A stretch of 64,000 bases of DNA, taken from assembly GCF_964194155.1 (NCBI RefSeq), contig NC_135883.1:31062001-31126000 (forward strand), read 5' to 3'. Under the pieces are notes generated by a model, which did not search any database, was not told the DNA's origin, and saw nothing but the letters and a program-made list of their open reading frames with translations. Origin of the DNA: Cetorhinus maximus. Taxonomy: Eukaryota. Position 1 is the first letter of the stretch. Every line of letters starts with the position of its first letter. The position numbers were made by a program, and so were the translations under genes. This document shows positions 53,701 to 64,000 of this stretch, piece after piece.

Positions 53701-54830
53701 CCGAAGGACCTTTTTCTATGATCCACACCTCTGACCCTATCACTCTGTGACCGAGCAATGTTGCAACAATAACAAATCAAACTATCATCAGTGCTATGGA
53801 TGTTGGGAGGACATAGCGGATTTCACTGTTGTCCTCAAATACCTGGCTGTTCCACCCCAGCCTCACCGACACCAGTTGACCTGGGCACATGGCGCCTCTC
53901 AAGCTCCAGGGCCTCCTGCTCGAACATCATCAGGTGAGCCTGGCCGCCTGCAGTCGTCGAATGCTCAGACACATTATGAGCATTCTTCTCCTGAAAAACA
54001 GAGAAGACCATTCATTGCGGCAATTTACACATGGATTCTGCATGTGCACGCCGCACCCCGACCACAGTGGCCAATATCAGACCTCCAGTGCCTCCTCTCC
54101 CAACTACTGCTGATCAGTCACACAAAGATAGTACGCCTGCTCCCAACCCTCCTCAATGGCCACCTTAGACACATTCTGCGTACATCACTTTAGGAAACCC
54201 ACAGTCTTAGTTCCCATAGCAAGGAGATGCAACTACGTGCAGATGGTTCTTGGCCATGACAGCTTGAGGCTCCCCTTCCACCATCTCATTACCATGAATA
54301 GGACAGGTGTTGGAGTTCTGAGTATGCGTCTAGCTGCCTCTCCTGCAGGTTGCCCCCAGACTAGTCATGTGTGACTAAGAGCAACACATGGTTCGGGGCA
54401 GAACTCATCTCCTCATGAACCACTCAGGCTGATGTAAGCATGGGCACTATCTGCTTGCCCACTCAGCGTACAAGAAATGCCCAACATGATTCAATGCAGT
54501 CACGACAGTAAAACTTGGTTGGGGGGGGGGGGACCTCAAAGGCTAAGGCTACCTGTTGGGTTAAATGCCCAATGCCAACATGGTATTCACCCTTCCAGAG
54601 TGCAACAAATCATTGAAGCGCTTGCGACAGTGGATCCAGGTGTGCCTCACCACGTCACGGGAGCTCACCACCTCCGCCACCTCCTCCCAGGCATGTTTGG
54701 TCATGTGGGGGGGCCTCCTCCTCCCATCCTGGGGGACCAACACCTCCCGTTGTGCTGCCACCTCCTCAAGGAGGGCTGCAAGGCATTCATCTGAAAAGCG
54801 AGGGGCTCATTGGCCCCCCCCGCTGGCCTA

Positions 54831-54915
54831 CCCTGCAGCCTGCCCTGCTCCTGTGGCAGGCCCTGCAGCCTGCTCTGCTCCTGTGGCAGACCCTGCAGCC
54901 AGCCCTGCTCCACTG
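54831..54915. repeat. 30-bp tandem repeat (~2.7 copies) in Myb exon 1
   Basis: CCCTGCAGCCTGCCCTGCTCCTGTGGCAGG repeated, translating to LQGLPQEQ(S/G)R. Confidence 0.8.
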
Positions 54916-55849
54916 CCTTTCCCTCCAGCGTGTCCTGCTCAGCCAACCCCCTGTGGTGTGACCTGGAAGTGGCCATTGTGAGCAGCCTACAGGAGGCTGC
55001 CAGGCCTTCCTTTAAACAGACTGCTGGGTCGCCATTGGACCCGGCGGTCTGTGCACGCCCACCGCTGCCCGCACACTCCCGCTATTCACGGGAGTCGGCC
55101 TTAATTGGCCCGCCCGCGCAAAATAGCGGCGTGGACCCGATCACGGGTGCCGATCAGGTCCGCATCCGCCTGCGCCCACTCCAGATCCGCCCACCTGACA
55201 GGCAGAAAATTCTGCCCATTGATTACTGTGTGCCCTCAAAGATAGTGGGGTTGCTGAAGACAAGCAGCACTGTTGTCATAGGGGTCACATTGTCACTGGG
55301 GCTAGTGGGGGGGCGGGGGGGAGGGAAGGCCCCCGTGAGCCAAAAAGGAGTTTCCCCTCTGGAGGCAGCTGGGAGGCAACCAGGTTTGATTAGGCAGTCT
55401 CCCCATGGACGAGCAGGCCCTTCTGACATGGGAAAAATGTGGGAAGAAGCCCTTAATTGGCCAATTAAGTGACTCAATTGTGCTCCCGGCAGGCAGCTAA
55501 TCTGCCATCTTTCCCGCTGCTGGCAAAATAGCATGGCAGCAGGAATATGATGGTCACACTACCCAATGCCTTCCAGCGTCATTTTGCCAGCCTTCTTATT
55601 TCCCAGCTTGCCCCCAAAGGGCTGGTAAAATCCAGCTCATCATTTTGTATAGCCAATAGAGAATTGTCAGTTTCTAATTCTTTGGCTGCCATAGATACAC
55701 ACATTTGCCCAGAAACACACACTTCTTCCAATTGTTCACCAGTGGCTGTGCTGTGAAAGCAAATACATTGTAATTTCTATGAATTTGCCACATATCCCCT
55801 CCACTCAACTGTGTTGCCTCTCTTTCTGCAGTGTGCCAGCACTTAGAAT

Positions 55850-56395
55850 GTTGTTTGGAAATAAAGATAGTTTAAGTATTTTTGTATTTGTGGGTGTTAG
55901 GAATGAGTTTTAGCTTTAATGTTTAAGTTTAATTTGTATTTACTTTTTTTTGTGTGTTAAGAAAAAGGGGAAGCTGAGTTTAAGTTTCAATTTAAAAGAG
56001 GAAGCTGAGTTTAAGTTTCAATTTAAAAGATGCCTGCATTTTGAAGGGAAGTTAGTAAAACCAGGTTAAAAAAAACTATGCTGTTGCCCAGCAACAGGGG
56101 TCCAGAGAGAGAGAAACTCCCAGAGCCAAAGAAAACTATAAAAGCAGTTTCAGTTCAGTTGAAGCAGGGATTCCAGAGAGACTGGACACCAGAGGGGACA
56201 GATAGCAAATCCCAAACTAAAGTTGAGGCCAACTGCCAAGAGAGGCTGGACAGGAGAGGAAACTGCAGAAGCATGTTCCAGAAACTAAAGAAGAAAGTCT
56301 CCAAATCCAGGGGAGTGGAACAGGAGAGGTGCCAAGAGGACGGTCTAGTCAAAGGACAAGGACAGAAATTTGGAAAAGGTCCTGTTCTGCGAAAG
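55850..56395 (+). mobile_element. Possible LTR-like fragment containing a 31-bp tandem duplication (55969-56030)
   Basis: GT-rich start, TATAAAA at 56137, purine-rich body, GGAAGCTGAGTTTAAGTTTCAATTTAAAAGA x2. The LTR call rests on resemblance only. Confidence 0.35.
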
Positions 56396-56581
56396 GACTA
56401 ATGTCCTTTAGGGAAGGAAATCTGCTGTCCTTGCCTGGCCTGGCCTACACGTGACTCCAGGCCGACAGCAATGTGGTTGACTCTTAAATGCCCTCTGAAC
56501 GAGGGCAATTAGAGATGGGCAATAAATGCTGGCCTAACCAGCAACGCCCACATCCCATGAATGAATTTTTAAAAAAAAAAA
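56395..56581 (+). mobile_element. 5'-truncated SINE, same family as 20775-21138
   Basis: Shared body (gtcctttagggaaggaaatctgctgtcctt…) and 3' tail gggcaataaatgctggc…catcccatgaatgaa(A)n. Confidence 0.85.
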
Positions 56582-56810
56582 TCCCCACCCTAGGTTTAGG
56601 AGACAATCAAATTTAGCAACCACAGGTTCATAACTTGAACCAACAGGCCATTGGGCCCATCGTGTCTGTGCTGGCTCTACACCTATGAATGCATCCCAAT
56701 TCCCTGCTCTTTCCCCGTAACCCTGTAAACTTTTCCTGTAAATGCGGCGTCTTATGTTATCGTGTGTGTTTTAAAACTCCCTTGAGAAACGCATTGGTCA
56801 GAGAGCAAAG

Positions 56811-56910
56811 ACTTTCATTTCTCTGTTATCTCTTTCGGCCTTTTGGGCAGCGGTGGCGCTTTCACTTTCCAAACGTCACGATTGTTTCCTGGAGGCTGCG
56901 TTTCGATTCC
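56811..56910 (+). promoter_or_regulatory. ISRE/IRF cluster of the CMPK2 promoter
   Basis: ACTTTCATTTCT (56811), GCTTTCACTTTCC (56858) and GTTTCGATTCC (56900), with an inverted CCAAT at about 56793 and locally CpG-rich sequence. Confidence 0.8.
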
Positions 56911-56942
56911 AGGTTCAGTGTCGCCAAGTCACTGCGGCGACT

Positions 56943-57560
56943 ATGAATGTTCGCTGCAGCTTCGAGATGGCCCACTCACTGGGATCGGCTCTGTACAGGG
57001 AATGGGCTAAAAAGATCTTTGCAATCGAGTGCAGCAACAACTCTGAGCCGCTTTATTTCGCTCTAAACCCGAGCTCCGAGGGGCCCTGGGATGAGAATTC
57101 CCCTTTGCATCAACTCCTGAGCCGCGGTCAAACCTACTCGGTTTGCATCGCCTCTGAAAACAGGATTCAGGGTGCAGAATCATACGTCCATCTGCGGGAT
57201 AAACTGACCAGGCTGCCCGAAAGATGTCGCGTTATGGAAATGATGGCGTTTTCCCCGAACAAGGAGGGATCCTTGATCAAGGGATTTTTGGTCCAAGACG
57301 ATCAAAATTTTAAAGAGACAGAGGGTCTATTGCAGGATCTGGTCCGTACAAGCGGGCAGACAACTCTCTGCAGCTACACGAGAGATGGTGGGGGCAGAAT
57401 ATGGCAGGGACTGAGGCTGGTCACTGATGGGCAGGAGAGAGAGATCTTCAGAAACTGTATCTCGCTGGCTGAAAGACCAGAGCTCCATCCCTCTGTGTTA
57501 AACATCAAAAATTCCGTTATATTCTGCAAATATGAAGATGCTTATGGCGTTTTAGAAGAG
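56943..57560 (+). CDS. CMPK2: UMP-CMP kinase 2, coding exon 1 (N-terminal domain); no further exon recognised in the window
   Basis: 206 codons from ATG 56943 to a phase-0 donor GAG|GTAAGT. The exon end (PELHPSV…NSVIF…EDAYGVLEE) resembles mammalian CMPK2 (…SSVVF…AARAVLEE). Head-to-head with RSAD2, as in other vertebrates. Confidence 0.9.
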
Positions 57561-57899
57561 GTAAGTCAGAAGGATACGAGTTTTTAATGATTCTTGAAGG
57601 TAGGTGTGTTCAGCGTTTTGGGAGAACATAGCTTGAGGACACCACTCGTGGACTGGTTAAATTGCTTTTAAACCCTGGCATCACCATCATCATCAAACCC
57701 TAATCTCGCCTTTCTATAAAACCTTGAACCATTTCCACTATCTTCATTTCTGTCTCTTTCCTTCACTTCTGCCTGTCTGTACCTTGCTCCTTTCACTTCT
57801 GTTTGCTCTTTTTCCCCCCTTTTTCCTCTTGTTTTCTTTCTCTCGTGGTCTTCACTTTCCCTTTTATCTCTTTTCTCCATTATATTGTTTTTGCCCCCA

Positions 57900-58280
57900 T
57901 TTGTCTTTGCAACTGGGGGCAGGGACAGACAGCAGCATCAGCACCCAGGCAATGGTGGCAGTGGTAGTATCGGGGGGGGGGGGGGGGTGGGGGGAACTGG
58001 GTGGGCAGGCAAGGGCAGCGGGCACATGGGAACACCATCACATGGAACTTCTCCCCCCACCCACCCCATGTTATGCACCATCATGACTTGGAAATCTATT
58101 GCCATTCCTTTTCACTGTCATTGAGTTAAAATCCTGGAACTCCTTACCGCGTGTGTGTACCTAAACCGCATGGACTGTAGCAGCTCAAGAAAGGGGTGAG
58201 CGAGTAACTTCCCAAAGACAGTTAGGGTTGGGTAATAAATACTGACCTCACTAGCAATCCCATGAATGAATAAAGAAAAT
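57900..58280 (+). mobile_element. Family-B LINE tail fragment in CMPK2 intron 1
   Basis: gggaacaccatca…aaaatcctggaactcc…catggactgtagcagctcaagaa…catgaatgaataaa. Confidence 0.75.
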
Positions 58281-58879
58281 AAAATGATCACAAATCAGAC
58301 GTTTCTGCTGGCATGTTATACAGAGACGGATGTTTTTCAAACAGTGCTTTGCCTCATTGTCTGTTTTGGAAGCAGGAGGGGTCAGTTAAAAGACACAACA
58401 CTGCAGGTCTGATAAAATTGGGAACAGGAACATATTTGGCTTGCAGGTTGGATATCTCTGTCAGGTCTGATGTTGCTGTCCAGTAGCTGTACAGGCAACT
58501 TCGCTTCTGGTCAACTAAATATGAAATCTTCTTTCATGAAAACAGAAAATCCTGGACATTCAGCAGGTGAGGTAGAATCTGTGCAGAAAGAAAGAGTTAA
58601 TGACCCAATAATAACTCTGAGACATGTTTGGCACAGGACGATGCCATATTGGGTGGGAAACCTGGAAGGACTGTCAGCGTATCAATCTGTGATGTTTTAA
58701 TGTAGACAGATAATTAAAAATATCACTTCCGAGTAGGTGTCGAATGTGCGGCAGCGGTCATAGTGCAAATCCGCATGATTCAATCTTAACTGGATTATTT
58801 AAAGGGCTAATCCAAAGATGCCATTCGGAGAAGTTAAACCTTTGAACGGAGGGAATGAGAAGTGTCATTGTGAATTCAG

Positions 58880-59570
58880 ACTGGTCTAGGCTGTGCCTTG
58901 ATTTTACGATGCATCACTAAGTACAGTGAGGAATCAGAGAAAAATACTCTCCCCCAGCAATAGAAAGATGATGTCTCCAGTTACAACAAAAGAGACATGA
59001 CAGGAAGTGGCCAAGGAGGCCAGCAGCTGGAGCATTGCGCCACAGTTGTGGCTTCATGTGGGAAGTCACTTTAATTTTGTTTTGGATTTCCAGCATCCGC
59101 AGTAGCTTTTAGCTTTTTGTTTTTAACTTTAATGACCTAACCAGGTCAAGGCAGGTGTACATTCACCTATAACCTTTTGTGTGCGTCAACCCACACCCCA
59201 GTCTGTCTTGTCAAGCCTACTCCATCATATCACCCCTCACATATACTTACCTTTCAAGCACCCCTGTCCTTGTGTTTCTCTGCACTTCCTCATGTTTCCA
59301 TCCGCTACTATCACTGATCCTCATGTAGTTTAATGCCTCTTCCTGATAGACATCTTCGCCAAATATTTTGCACCTATTGACACACACCGTTGCATTCACT
59401 CTTAGGTCTGTTGCTGGAGCAGAGAGTGAAAAACACTAGGGAGAGGGAGAGGACTGAGATGCTCCTGCTCAGATCTTGCAGCTGACAATTGCAGAGGAGA
59501 AAGTGCTGGAGATCAGTAGCTTCTCAGCGTCCCTGGCTTTTGATAATGGGGAGTTGGGGATCTCCAGCCA
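58880..59570 (+). pseudogene. Decayed Harbinger Myb/SANT gene fragment
   Basis: Degenerate PxFxDASL…EVAKEASSWSIAP…FNDLTRS, which resembles 54591-54800. Confidence 0.55.
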
Positions 59571-59774
59571 ACTAATATAAATATTAGTGACCCACATGTT
59601 GTACAACATGAAGTCACGTTGACAATTCAGCAGCAAGGAAGATATGACAGTATTATGAAGACAATGTTGCAATATTTTTGTTGTGCCAGTACAAATTCAT
59701 TTTTTCTATATCAGGGCCTACATGTGTATGATGGACTTCCTGGATGATGAATCCTTAGAGAAGTTGATTTAAAG

Positions 59775-61340
59775 ATCATAAGATCGTAAGAAATACGAGC
59801 AGGAGTAGGCCATTTGGCCCATCGAGCCTGCTCTGTCATTCAATAAGATCATGGCTGATCTGATTGTGGCCTTAACTCCATTTTCCTGCCTGTCCAACAT
59901 AAACCTTAAATCCCTTGTTGATCAGAATTTGTTTAACTCTGCCTTGAATATAATCAATGCCCCAGCCTTCACTGCTCTCTGTGGAAGAGAATTCCAAATA
60001 CAAAGAACCCTCTCAGAGAAGAAATTCTTCCTCATCTCTGTCTTAAATAGATGACCCCTTAGTTTTAAACTGTGCCCCCTAGTTCTAGATTCCCCCATGA
60101 GAGGAAACATCCACCCAACATCTACCCTGTTAAGTACCCTCAGAATCTATGATGTTTCAATAAGATCACCACTCATTCTTTTAAACTCAAATGAGTATAG
60201 GCCGAACATTCTCAATGTTTGCTTAAAGACAACCTCTTTATCCCAGGAATCAGATCTAGTGAACCTCTAAACTGCTTCCAATGCAAGTATAGCTCTCCTT
60301 AAGGAGACCAAAACTGTACACAGTGCTCCAGATGTGGTCTCATCAATGACCAGCACAGCTGTAGCAAGTCTTACCTACTTTGATAACTCATTCCTCTTTC
60401 AATAAAGGCCAACATCCCATTTGCCTTCCTAATTATTTGTTGTACTTGCATGCTAACGTTTTGCGATTCATGTATAAGGGCACCCAGATCCCTGTGTACT
60501 GCAGCGTTCTGCAGTCCCTCTCCATTTAAATAATATTCTGCTTTTCTATTCTTCCTGCCAAAGTGGACAGCCTCACTTTCTCCCACTTTACACCCCATCT
60601 GCCATTTTTTTGCTCACTTACTCAACCTATCTATATCACATTGCAGACTCTTTGTATCCTCCCCACGACTTACTTTCCTACTTGTGTTTGCATCATCTGC
60701 AAATTTGGCTACAATACAAATAATTGAGGCCCCAGTGTTGATCCCTGCAGCACTTCACTAATTACGGTTTGCCAACCTGAAAATGACCCATTTATCCCAA
60801 CTGTCCATACTAATGTATCACCCCCAACATCATGAGTTCTTATTTTGTGCAGTAACCTTTTACGTGACACCTTATCAAATGCTTTTTGGAAATCCACATA
60901 TACTACATCCACTGGTTTCCCTTTGTCCACTCTGCTAGTTACATCCTCAAAGAGCTCTAATAAATTTGTCAAACATGATTTCCCTCTCACAAAACCATGT
61001 TGACTCTGCCTGATTGTATTATGATTTTTATAAATGTCCTACTACTACCTCTATAATATTTGATTCTAGCGTTTTCCTGATGACAGTTGTTAGACTAACT
61101 GGCCTATAATTTCCTGTTTTCTGTCTCTTGCCTGTCTTGAATAGTGGTGTTACACTTGTGGCTTTCCAATCAGTTGGGACCTTTTCAGAATCTAGGGAAT
61201 TTTGGAAGACTACGACCAATGCATCCACTATCTCTGCAGCTACTTCCCTTAAGACCCTAGGATGCAGGCCATCCAGTCCAGTGGACTTGTCATCCTTTAG
61301 TCCTGTTAGTTTCCCAGTACATTTTCTCTAGTGATCTTGA
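59775..61340 (-). mobile_element. CR1 LINE fragment
   Basis: GNYRPVSLT, GKSCLTNLLELFE, DFQKAFDKV and RKNFFSERV…WNSLP. Confidence 0.92.
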
Positions 61341-63149
61341 TTTATAGAACTCATGCTTACCATGCACCCTTGCAGATACTCGCACTTTGGTGGCTTCACC
61401 TAGGCAGTTATTTGCGATGTCAACTGGTGGTTTAGGGTTCACAAGTGAGTAGAAACAGATAGCAGTGGCAGGGACAGCTGTGGAGAGTCCACATCGGAGG
61501 AGGTAGTACTCTCCAAGCCCTGCTCAGCTGGACGAAGATGCTGTATCCCAAGATAATCGTTAAGGAGCAGTAGAAGACCTCTGATGTACTGGCAGGACTT
61601 TCACGCACACTGTCCACATTTGCATTGGAAGTGGAGGAGTCCAGCCCAACCATTACTGTGCTAATACCCCAGAATATTATGAGGATGTCTTCTTCCTTGA
61701 GTAGAGTGGCTGACTCTGTGAAAGATCAATCGTGGCAATCAAGTGGGTCTGTGTAGCCTTAACTGACCATGGCTATGCAGTCTGTGGTTGCCAATGAGTC
61801 TGATGCCTTAAGTAAGATGATGGACACCTTTGCCTTAGGCTTTCCAGGGTGTCACTGATGTGCATCAAACTGCCCTCTAGCAATGCGGTATCATTGAAAT
61901 GTGGCCAACCCATGAGAGGGATGATGGTGAAAGCAGACATGGAAGTAGGAAATGCTCCCACTTCTGATCCATTGCCCTCCTCAGCCTGTACACAACATGC
62001 TGGCTGGCATCTTACCGACATTGGGACCAAATATGTGTCCCGAGTCCATGTGGGTGGACAGCGGGCCTGTGGTGGCAATTTCACTGGTGGTGGCCAATCA
62101 AAAGCCCGCTGCTTGGCTCACTGTCTAATTGATGACGGCAAGCTGACTCTCCCTGCTGCTGGCCCAATCAGAGGGCCGCAGCACTGCAGCCTCGGCGGCA
62201 CCATTGAGAGATGTGACCGCTGCTGAGGCAGCAGGGAGAAGGAGAGGGCACCTCCATCTTCAGGGCCTTTGAAGGGCCGGTAGGAAATTTACTGGGGTGA
62301 ACATTCCAACAATGTAATCAGGGCCATAGGCGTGCTCATTGATGCTGAATGGGTCCCGTCTTGGACCATAAGCCTCTGGAATGAAAGGCCCCTGGAAGGC
62401 TGCCTCGATGCAGCTGGTAGTCTCCCCACATGGCAAGGGATGTTCTGATGTTGACAAGATGCTGACTGCTTGGTAAAATTGCTGGCAATAGGCCAACTAT
62501 TGGCTGAATTGGCCACTCACCTCCAGTCAGTGGGTTCCAACATCGCTGCCATTCCTGCCACTGGGAATATCCCCAGCACATTGGACTTCCCTCCCAGGAT
62601 CTTTCGCCACCATTTTCCCACCCCCCCTCGCCTCATAGCCCTTCTTGAATGGCTGGTATAATGCTAGTCGCTATCTCCTCGCCTGATGACTGAGTCTGCC
62701 CCTGTATAGCTCCAGGTGGAAGAGTCTTTGATGGGGTCCTCACATGCTGCAACACCCAGAGGGTCATCAGCCAGGAGCATCACAGCAGTCAGAACAAGGA
62801 TCTGAGCAGCTTGGCTTTAACCTCTGCTAAGAGGTTGTGTCATGTTGGAGTGACAGAAAAGGAAGAGTAAAGCTTTGTAGTTGCACAAGGGTATACACAT
62901 GGGTGTTTGAAAAAATGTTATGTTTCTGTTGTTTAAACCAATAGCAAAACTTTGCCCTACTTTCCTGTGTTGTACATTTTTGGTTACTCGCCTTTTCACT
63001 TACTTGTGATTAATGGGAAGACATGAATTGACAGCCCAATGGGTGGATGGTTGGCTGAGGGATTGCTTTGTGACAGTGAGATTGGTTGTTGGGATGAATG
63101 GAGGGAGAGTGGCTGTTGAATGTGATTGTTACATTGGTCTGATGGTAGT

Positions 63150-64000
63150 GACTAACTCAACCTTACAGCTGGAAGGAAATCCCTGGCATTCTGAGCAGCA
63201 ATGTGAGCAGCTGGTGCTGCTTTGTGGTTGCCATCTTTCTGTTCTTCATCCAACAAATTGGTGTGGTGAGGTCTTTGTTCCTCCTACAGCTCCAATCTCG
63301 CTGCTGTGCAATGTTGTGCAGAGTGCAGCACATCAGGATCATTCTGCAGACCTTGACTGGTGTGTACTTAAAGGTGCCTCCAGGTCAGTTCAGGCACCTG
63401 AAGCACATCTTGAGCATGCCAGTCACTTGTTCAGTGACACATTTGGTTGTCATGTGTCTGTCAGTGTTTCGCTCTTGGGCTTCATTGGTGGGGTTTCTGT
63501 TGGGGGTCATCACCAAGTTTGAAGGGGGCATCCTTTCACTTCCAGCAATGACCTCATAAGTCTGTTTGCAGAGAGGTTGGGAGAGAGGGGTGGTGCGGAC
63601 TGCTGCCGGATAAAGCATCATGGCAGCTCCTCAGGTATCTAGTGCTCACCTACATGAACCTTTTCTTGTGGTTGCACACCAGGTGAACACTGATAAAATG
63701 AAATTGCTTGCGTTTCACAAATGGTCCTGGTTGATCTGAGTATGTAAAGAGTCTGTAAAATTGACGATGACATGCATCTGTGGGAAACAACCAAAGAGGC
63801 AAACCTGAGCACCCACTCATTCTGACGCATCATCAAAGACAAAGTTAATGTAACTGTCATCACTAGCAAACAATCTACCTGTCTTACCCATTTGTAGACA
63901 GCCAATTGGGACATCCTGGATATTTATCCAGCAGTGTCCTGGAAGAATCCAGATGCAAAATAGTTGAGGGTAGTAACGGTGACGAATCATGGCCAGCAGG
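63150..64000 (-). pseudogene. Decayed Harbinger transposase running off the window end
   Basis: YEVIAG…VMTP…NEAQER…VTEQVTGMLKMCFRCL…CCTLHNIA. Confidence 0.75.

Larger units (their letters stand above)
51804..54976 (-). pseudogene. Harbinger Myb/SANT-like DNA-binding gene, three exons (54976-54591, 53990-53843, 52734-51804), frameshifted
   Basis: APRFSD…LLEEV…WEEVAEVVS…RHTWIHCRKRFNDL, then EKNAHN. GT-AG junctions keep phase. Basic C-terminus RRSTRKCKRKSP*. Confidence 0.8.
49782..55217 (+). mobile_element. Near full-length PIF/Harbinger DNA transposon
   Basis: Perfect 15-bp TIRs GGGCAGAATTTTCTG…CAGAAAATTCTGCCC with 3-bp flanks TTT/ATT (imperfect TSD). Encodes a convergent DDE transposase and Myb/SANT protein. 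Confidence 0.9.
49557..55638. mobile_element. Older Harbinger-type MITE split by the 49782-55217 insertion (halves 49557-49781 and 55218-55638)
   Basis: TGGCTGGAATTTT at left and AAAATCCAGCTC at right form a degenerate TIR pair. Both flanks are GC-rich, MITE-like sequence. Confidence 0.5.

Noticed and set aside
40564-57560. Prokaryotic viperin-kinase defence operon
   Set aside because: Spliceosomal introns, ISREs and vertebrate repeats show this is the known vertebrate RSAD2-CMPK2 pair.

Overview
This is eukaryotic, vertebrate genomic DNA. The repeat families suggest a cartilaginous fish (inference). It is not prokaryotic, and most short ORFs in the track are repeat-derived or spurious. The window holds the interferon-stimulated RSAD2 (viperin)-CMPK2 locus. 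RSAD2 is complete, with six coding exons on the minus strand (49236->40564, 348 aa, all GT-AG junctions in frame). CMPK2 coding exon 1 lies head-to-head on the plus strand (56943-57560), and each gene has its own ISRE/IRF cluster. A CpG-rich promoter at about 34.5-35.0 kb is probably RNF144A by synteny, so 1-34 kb would be its 5' intron(s). The same promoter carries a strong plus-strand splice donor pointing at the RSAD2 3' end. A 5.4-kb TIR-bounded PIF/Harbinger transposon, with a DDE transposase pseudogene and a three-exon Myb/SANT gene, occupies most of the RSAD2-CMPK2 spacer and appears nested in an older MITE. The rest is dominated by CR1/L2-group LINE fragments, tRNA-derived SINEs, a Penelope-like element, further Harbinger relics and MITEs. 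A 14 x 28-bp minisatellite sits inside a tRNA-headed LINE derivative. Repeat boundaries are approximate because they were read by eye. I found no convincing wholly new protein-coding system.
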